A stretch of DNA of 58,485 bases, the filler included, from Basidiobolus ranarum (Eukaryota): assembly GCA_040143965.1 (NCBI GenBank). It is 9 parts of 9 records of this genome, joined end to end, with 100 filler letters (N's around TTAATTAATTAA, not from the genome) between each part and the next. Parts side by side here need not be neighbours in the genome. Positions count along the whole stretch, not along the records: positions 52,089 to 58,485 come from JASJQH010001324.1; 8 more parts are not named here. One strand, 5' to 3'. Made by a program: the position numbers and the translations under genes. Position 1 is the stretch's first letter. Every line of letters starts with the position of its first letter. The notes beneath the pieces are model-generated. The model was not told the DNA's origin. It ran no database searches and worked only from the letters and a program-made list of their open reading frames with translations. Positions 52,089 to 58,485 of this stretch are shown one piece after another.

Positions 52089-54292
52089 CATGCCGGAAAC
52101 TAACTCAAGTAATGATGAAGCATTAATTAATTTACCAGATGTGTTCCTTTCCAGTGATAGTGCAAGTGAAGAGATTGTAATCCCCCAATTACGTAGTAAT
52201 ATCACATATCAATAGCTGAGCAAAGTTCCACTGAAAACCATCAAGATCATTAACTTCCAAAATGGCCACTTTGCCCACTACTGAACAACCCTCTGCAGAA
52301 AAAAAGGATAGAATTATTACAACAAGGGAATTGCAGGTGGAACACAGTAATGACTTTATGTGATCATAATTAAAAACTACAAAGTTGCTATATAGGCCAT
52401 GAGAAGTAATAACACTGCAATATTTCAATTAACACAGCATTTGGAAGCAACTAGTCAACAGTTAGAGAGTTACCCAACAATGATACAAGACCTTCCAAAT
52501 GCTGTACTTAAGCTACAGCAATATGCTGCTCACTCCATTGATTCTCATATGTGACTAAATCAATCCCACACCATACATAAGAACATCACCATGAAAATCT
52601 AGCAGAGCAGAATATGTGTTGGACTGTTAAGCCTACACAATGACCTGAAATTTCTTGGGCATATGAAAATAGAAATCTCATAGGAAAACAAGCAAGCCAA
52701 AAGGCTCTGTATTTCAGAGCTGCCATAACTCACTCTGAATGTCAGAGCTGCTTTACCTTGCTCTGATGATGAGTGGCTTAACATTTTGGAAACTGTGCAG
52801 AATCTTGACCAGAATCACCTTAATTTGAGCTAATCATAGAAAAACCCAAAATCAGGTGTTACTCCAAAGGTTGTTGAATTATCTCATGTTGCCTATCCTG
52901 GGTTTTTGCAAGCAAATTGCAATTGGGACACTACAAGGACCTATGAAAATAGGAAAAGAACTTGAGGAGTATTTTCAAAAGTCTGAAGGGAAAAATCCAA
53001 TGAAAGTATGCAGAAAGTGGCTTCAGAAGAAAAACATTCAACTTGACATTCAGCCTGGCATTGACCATGTAAATATCTGTTTCAGAACTTGATAGAGTGG
53101 CACAATATTGCAGGGTATCCACCAGATAGCTGGAAGAATGTTGATTCAGCAACATTAATACAATGGTGGGCTTTAATGAATATATTGATACAAACTTGTG
53201 TTAGATATGAGCTAAATGTTGGATATGAAGAACTCTACAAAAATAATCAAGGGAATATATCAAAGAAACTAGGAATTTCAAAGGTGACAAATTAGCAATC
53301 AAGTGGTTGTTGTGCATCAACATACAAAGTTGTTTAACTTATACTATATCTATACAACTTGCTTGAATATCTGTTTAGTTTATCCACAATGCTAACTAGT
53401 CACCTGACCTTATCCAGTGACCCTATGATATGACTTTTCACATAACTAACTATCTATTTTCTTATCCCTTCTATCATATCATATGACCAATCACATGATC
53501 ATTATCCAATTAATATTGACATCTGAGTAATCTGCCTAGACACAAGTCAAGATGAGTCACAAGATTCATAACCAATGATCTTTCACTGCCAAGACTTCAG
53601 CTGATGAATGACTTACTTATCTATCTATCTATCTATCCAATCACATTTTCTTTTATCAGAATTAGTCATCTCATATCTCAGCACTGACTAATTCACTTTG
53701 CTATCAAAAAGTATAAATACAGCTAACTGAACCTTTTGGTTTAGTGTGTGTCTCAACAAATAGAGGATCACAACACTTCTTAGTGTTTCTCAACAAATTC
53801 AATATTCCCCTCTCATTTCTATCCAAGCCTAGTTTCCCCTAGCACCTACAGAACACCATGCCTAGCTGCCTAGCAAACCTACTTTCTACCATAACATAGC
53901 AACCCACTGCTATTCCTAAGATATATATTAGTTAGATCTGCTCTGCTGATATATCCTGCTTAAACAGTTCTAAGATTCTGCACTTAACTGTTTCTTTGGT
54001 TCAGTAAAGTTTAAGACTTTTTAACCATTTTTCTCTTGGACACAACAGTGATAAATATGTAAAAATTGAGCTACATTTTTTGCATATGCATTGATCCATA
54101 GTTTGCTGATATTGTAGCTAATCATGTGCAACTATTGTGCAAGATCTTGAAATTTTACTCCTGAAACTGAAAAAATTGATTAAAATCAAATATAACTTGA
54201 TGATTTTATGATGGTAAGTAAATGGTCAATTCCAAATGGATTAAAATTGTGACAGTTTTCCTACAATAAAAATCCTCAAATTTCTGTTAGGG
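52089..54292 (+). mobile_element. CCCTA-family transposon copy (internally deleted), interrupted by solo LTR-B; terminus at 54292
   Basis: Homologous to 19571-21172 and 33150-34893; ends TTTCTGTTAGGG. Confidence 0.78.
53308..54047 (+). mobile_element. Solo LTR family B, 740 bp, 5-bp TSD GTGGT/GTGAT
   Basis: Inverted ends TGTTGTG...CACAACA; TATAAA at ~53712; (TATC)5 at 53618-53637. The empty site CAAGTG(G/T)TAA is visible in sister copies near 20925 and 58295. Confidence 0.9.
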
Positions 54293-55573
54293 AGTTGCTT
54301 AATCCACCTGAGATCTGCCAATGAGAGTTGATGCCATAAGAATATATAAGCAATATTGACAAACAACTCCCAATGTTGCTAATACTTATCAGGCAGAAAT
54401 CTCTAGAAGATTCCACTTGAATATATATATATCCAATACCTCCAGTCTTTGCATTTTAATAAATGCCTTGATGAGTGGATATTGATGGGAGTCCTGTTAA
54501 AATATGAAGGTTTCTTGATGTTTTCAAGCATTTTCATAAATGTTTCATACTTTGTTCCTATCTCTAATGGCTCATTCATATTGAGTTTTCTATTATATAG
54601 CTGAGCAAGTAATATTGAAATGATGTTGAATAGTAAGTGCATAGTGCCTAATGGGAAGCTCTGGCTCCAGCTGTTCCACTTTAGCAATAAAACCTTAGGC
54701 TTACAGCTAATACCAAGTTTTGTGTTTGATTGACTCTTTGGTGAAATGAAAGCAGTGATCATGATGAAATCTGACCAGACTCTTGATGGTAAAATCATGA
54801 AGATTATTTTTGTATTTGGATTATACTAATGCATATGCCTGATAGAGTGGACTCCATTGATTTGACAACAGCTACAGCAAGCTAGTGTGTTGTATCCTTG
54901 AAAATTGCCAAGTTTACTGATGGCAAGAGTGCCACCAATATATGCAATGATATTTGCTTTAGTAAATTATTCATTCATCTGAACCCCATTAGATAAATGT
55001 TCAAATTCTGCAATCAAAGGCTCCAAGAAGCTATCTAAAAGCACAGGTAACTTAGGTCCAGATATGATGGATAGTATCAAGATATTATGACTTCTATATC
55101 ATCAAGAAGGAGGAAGATTTAAGTTAATGAAGATTATTGGCAAGCAAGCCTTTCCAACAGTAAATTTGTTTAGTGAGAAACCATCCAGAGCCTAAGTGCA
55201 AATGCACAAGCATACATGTTTGCAAAGAAACCTTGACTTTTCAGATTCTGGTAGTGATGGTCATCAAGTATATTGGTAACACCATCAGCATTATGGTGAG
55301 TACTTTGGGATTGGATCAATGATCTATATTTGTGTGATTTTATCAAAACTTCAAGAAGGGGAATCAATAATAAGTAAGCCAAATATGAACAATATTTACC
55401 AGATTCAATGATTGTTAATTATGTGCAAACAGTACATGACTTCTGGTTTTTCAGATCATATGGAAAGCTATACAATCTTTTGGACATGAAGGTAGTTTAA
55501 TAACTGAAGAATGATAAATCATATGATTGACAAGTGTTTTTCACTTTTACCAGATGTGGCAAGCAACAGTTGC
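54293..55573 (-). mobile_element. Decayed EnSpm/CACTA-like Tnp2 transposase (N-terminal and central part)
   Basis: ACWPIIFINLNLPP, IISGPK.P.LLDSFLEPLIAEF, GNFQG...ACCSC and LGTMHLLFNII are Tnp2 motifs; the 3' end matches 4330-4520. Confidence 0.8.
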
Positions 55574-56001
55574 CCACTCCAATGCTTTCCATTTCATCAA
55601 CTAAAACAGTCACTCTATTGTTTAGTTATTTAATGTCTTCTTCTAGGTTCACATTTAAGTTAAAGAATAGTCTTCTTAAAAACATCTTGTTGGCAGCAGA
55701 ACCTGCTTGGCAGGTGCCTTCCTAGGCTTTCCATACCTTCTTGGCTGTTTTAGCTCTTGAATATTGAATTAGTAATTTGTCTTAACATTAACAGAAATTG
55801 TATTAAAGGCACTTGTTCTTTTTTGACCATAAGTAGAACTTTGGTTTCAGATAGTTTTGCATTGTGTTCTTCTCCTACAACATTGTCCCAAAGTTCTTTT
55901 TCTTGCACCAGCATTTTCATTTTAATTTTCCAAACTTGGTGATTGGTTCCTTCCAATTTTTCAGAAGATGTAGATGTTCCATAATTTTGAGAAGTAAACA
56001 T
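55574..56001 (-). mobile_element. Copia gag pseudogene (truncated)
   Basis: EKLEGTNHQVWKIKMKMLVQEKELWDNV; lies directly after the PBS. Confidence 0.85.
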
Positions 56002-56022
56002 TACAGAGAGTGCAAGCTCAGT

Positions 56023-56032
56023 GCTCATAACC
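56023..56032 (-). promoter_or_regulatory. Primer-binding site GGTTATGAGC (complementary to the initiator tRNA-Met anticodon loop)
   Basis: Immediately follows the LTR end ...TTTAACA; the half-tRNA priming type known from copia and Ty5. Confidence 0.85.
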
Positions 56033-56312
56033 TGTTAAAGTATTTGGGAGCCTGTTGGAAGTGGTTTGGAGAATTAGAAGAATTGGTGGTTTTCACTTAT
56101 GGATATATTAAGTAGAAAGTTGACAGTTATAGTTTTGTCAAGATAAAAGCAAACTAGCATGTAGAATGTGTTAAGGAAGGTCCCAGGAACATGCAAACAA
56201 AGCTTAGAGCTTTTAGCACAAGTTTGCAAAATCTATATATCTGAGAATACCTAAGTTGGTGAAAATATTTTAAATAAATTCCTATTGAAAATAATGGCAA
56301 ATATCTAAGTGA

Positions 56313-56594
56313 TGTCTAATATATTTAGGGAGAAATATTGGTCTGGACAGGATTTGAACCTGGGACCTCCTTCACTCTAGCAAGATGCTCTAACCACTGA
56401 GCTACCAGTGCTTGAATGCTATGCTTATATTACTAGGGATCCTTAACCTAGTCTGTCAATATATGGTACTTTGGCATATCAGGTATACAAGCAACTGATT
56501 GGCCTTAGACTTTGTGTTCAGATGCAGTTACCATACTCCATATTTTCCTCTTTGGAAATCACTGCTAGTACCACAAGTCACCAGACTTTCAAAA
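56313..56594 (-). mobile_element. Solo-LTR-like insertion containing a tRNA-derived sequence; 5-bp TSD AGTGA
   Basis: AGTGA at 56308-56312 and 56595-56599. Minus-strand ends are TTTTGAAA...TTAGACA. Absent from the other LTR-A copies. Confidence 0.7.
56339..56411 (-). pseudogene. tRNA-like sequence (73 nt), probably non-functional and element-borne
   Basis: GCACTGG-TAGCTCAGTGGTTAGAGC-ATCTTGCTAGAGTGAAGG-AGGTC-CCAGGTTCAAATCCTGT-CCAGACCA. A box and B box are intact; acceptor, anticodon and T stems have mismatches. Confidence 0.75.
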
Positions 56595-56666
56595 AGTGAA
56601 ATAAAAGATAACTAAGTACTAAGCTATATGTGGCAAAAAGGTGCTTAGCCAATGGCAATTTCAACA

Positions 56667-57965
56667 AAAGTTTGGTTGAAGAGTCCACAGAAATGCTATT
56701 TTCTTCATCTTTTGGTTTGCTTCAATTTGAATGATTGGATCAGAAGAAAATTGATATTTGTCATTATCTGATGTCATTTTGGTTGAATATTGTTCATTTT
56801 AATTAAGCAAACCATACCTGGACTTGATTAACTTGAGAATTTTAGTATCATTGAGTCTATAGGCCTTAGTTTGAGTACCATAGTTCAGAAATATGCATTT
56901 CTTACTTTTGGGATAAAATTTAGACCAATTTCTGGTCATAAATTTAACAAAAGCAATGCATTAAAAGATTGTCAAATGCTTTATGTCAGGTTTAGCTCCA
57001 AATCAAGCTTGAGATGGTGTAGAGTTAGACATACTTCAAGTGAAACTCCTATTCTTCAGATGTGTAGCTGTAGCAATGTATTGTGCCCAAAAGTTATGAG
57101 ATCAGATTAAGCTTCTTCTTTTCTTTCCACAAAGTAGACCTAAGTGAATTTTATGTAATCATCAATAAATGAGATTAAGTATCCTTTCTCACCTAGAGAT
57201 AAATTTTGCATAGGTCCACACATATCAGAATGAATCAGATCCAATTTTTTGAAAGATTTGATTTAACCAGAGCTCTTGATGGTTGCCTGGCTTATTTTGC
57301 ATATATATAATCATCACAAATATCTATTTTGGTTGGGAGATTAATTTGAGTTCAAGAAATTGGACAATTTTTGATCATTTAGCCCTTATATCTAACTCCA
57401 ATATGGCCAAATATCTTATGCCATAATTGAATAGTTTCTTGATTAGAATAACTGATATTTACACATAAGCTCTGCAATTATATTTAAGTTTGTATAAGTT
57501 CCAATCCTTTACTCCCAAGTTTAAATAATATCCTTTTTGATTAGTGAAGAGCATCCTGTCTTATCAAAATTGAATCTTATCCCTTCTGAGGTGGCCTTGC
57601 ATACAAATATTAAATTCTTGGCAATATCTGAGACATGCAGTACATCCTTAAATGCATACACTCTCTCTTCAGGAGCTCCAGTTAGGTTCATTTGAATTGT
57701 TCCCATTCCAATAGCATCAAATGTGTAGTCATCTCCCATGAACACCTTTCTGATTCATATTGCTTCATAATGCACAAACCATTGTTTTTCATTTGTGAAA
57801 TGTTTGGATGCTCCTGATCTAATATACCACATCTGAGAATCCTTGTTAGTAGTCGTAGATAGAGTATACATGAACAAGTGATCTTAAGATATAAGCACAT
57901 TTCCAGCTTTAGTACATATTTCTTCTTTTGCAACACTTCTAAAGCAATCTTGGCGTAAATGGCCA
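56667..57965 (-). mobile_element. Copia pol pseudogene (zinc knuckle-protease-integrase)
   Basis: GHLRQDC, WYI.SGASKHF, FKDVLHVSDIAKNLI, LWHKIFGH and LDLIHSDMCGPM...FIDDY. Confidence 0.9.
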
Positions 57966-58057
57966 GTTGGTATACGGTGGACTTCTTTCATTTTATTTGG
58001 CCTGATCAGGCCAGCTAAAAAGTCTGAGAGCACAAATTGGCTTGACTGGGCACTATT

Positions 58058-58485
58058 CCCTAACAGAAATATGAGGATTGTTATTATAGGAAAACAATCA
58101 CAAGTTTAATCCATTTGGGATTGACCATTTACTTACCATCATATAATCATCAAGTTAGATTTGATTTTAATCAATTTTTCAGTTTCAGGAGTGAAATAAC
58201 AAGATCTTGCAAAATAGTTGTGCATGATTGGCTACAATCTCAGAGAACTATGGATCAATACATGTGTGAAAAACATAACTCAAATTTTACACAATTACCA
58301 CTTGAACGCCAATGTGTCACCTACACAATACCTAGTCTTGTTGATATATTCTCCTGAATATTTTTATAGAGTTCATCTTACACAAGGTTCAGCTCATACC
58401 CAACATCAGTTTGGATCAATATCTCCATCAAAGCCCACCACTGTATTAACGTTGCTGAATCAACATTCTTCCCGCTATCTGGCGG
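58058..58485 (-). mobile_element. Terminal part of a CCCTA-family transposon copy (opposite orientation)
   Basis: Starts CCCTAACAGAAATATGAGGATTGTTATT, the reverse complement of the terminus in the other copies. Confidence 0.78.

Larger units (their letters stand above)
56033..56666 (-). mobile_element. Copia 5' LTR family A (347 bp) split by a 282-bp insertion
   Basis: TGTTGAAATTG...TTTAACA on the minus strand. 634 - 282 - 5 (TSD) = 347 bp, equal to the intact copy. Confidence 0.88.

Noticed and set aside
56339-56411. Functional tRNA-Ser(AGA) or CTA suppressor tRNA
   Set aside because: Mismatched acceptor, anticodon and T stems, no long variable arm, and it lies inside a TSD-flanked insertion. 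CTA is not centred in the loop.

Overview
Eukaryotic (fungal) draft-assembly DNA, not one locus. Nine unlinked contigs of 6.40-6.44 kb, in descending length order, are joined by artificial 100-bp spacers (44 N + TTAATTAATTAA + 44 N): 1-6435, 6536-12956, 13057-19470, 19571-25979, 26080-32484, 32585-38987, 39088-45489, 45590-51988 and 52089-58485. AT-richness, short GT-AG introns and gene content suggest an early-diverging fungus (Zoopagomycota/Mucoromycota, perhaps Basidiobolus-like; inference only). Host genes: two tandem paralogues fusing a LEA/apolipoprotein-like helical region to a TMEM14-like membrane domain, partial SER3/33, a ZIP zinc transporter, a bacterial-type GNAT, an ACS-family MFS transporter, an F-box/LRR protein, RRP41, partial YRB1 and an unknown acidic multi-exon gene. 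About 40% of the window is nested, decayed, strongly CpG-depleted transposon DNA: Ty1/Copia remnants with a 347-bp LTR and GGTTATGAGC primer site, a second 740-bp LTR family, and an EnSpm/CACTA-like DNA transposon family ending in CCCTA. Best leads: (i) a 282-bp solo-LTR-like insert with a 5-bp TSD carrying a tRNA-derived sequence; (ii) a cluster of ACC-N5-GGT(ACTC) ZRE-like palindromes upstream of the ZIP gene; (iii) the CCCTA transposon with an apparently divergent uncharacterised second gene; (iv) the intron-bearing bacterial-type GNAT; (v) the helical-repeat/TMEM14 fusion pair. All family calls are from recognition by eye; no searches were run.
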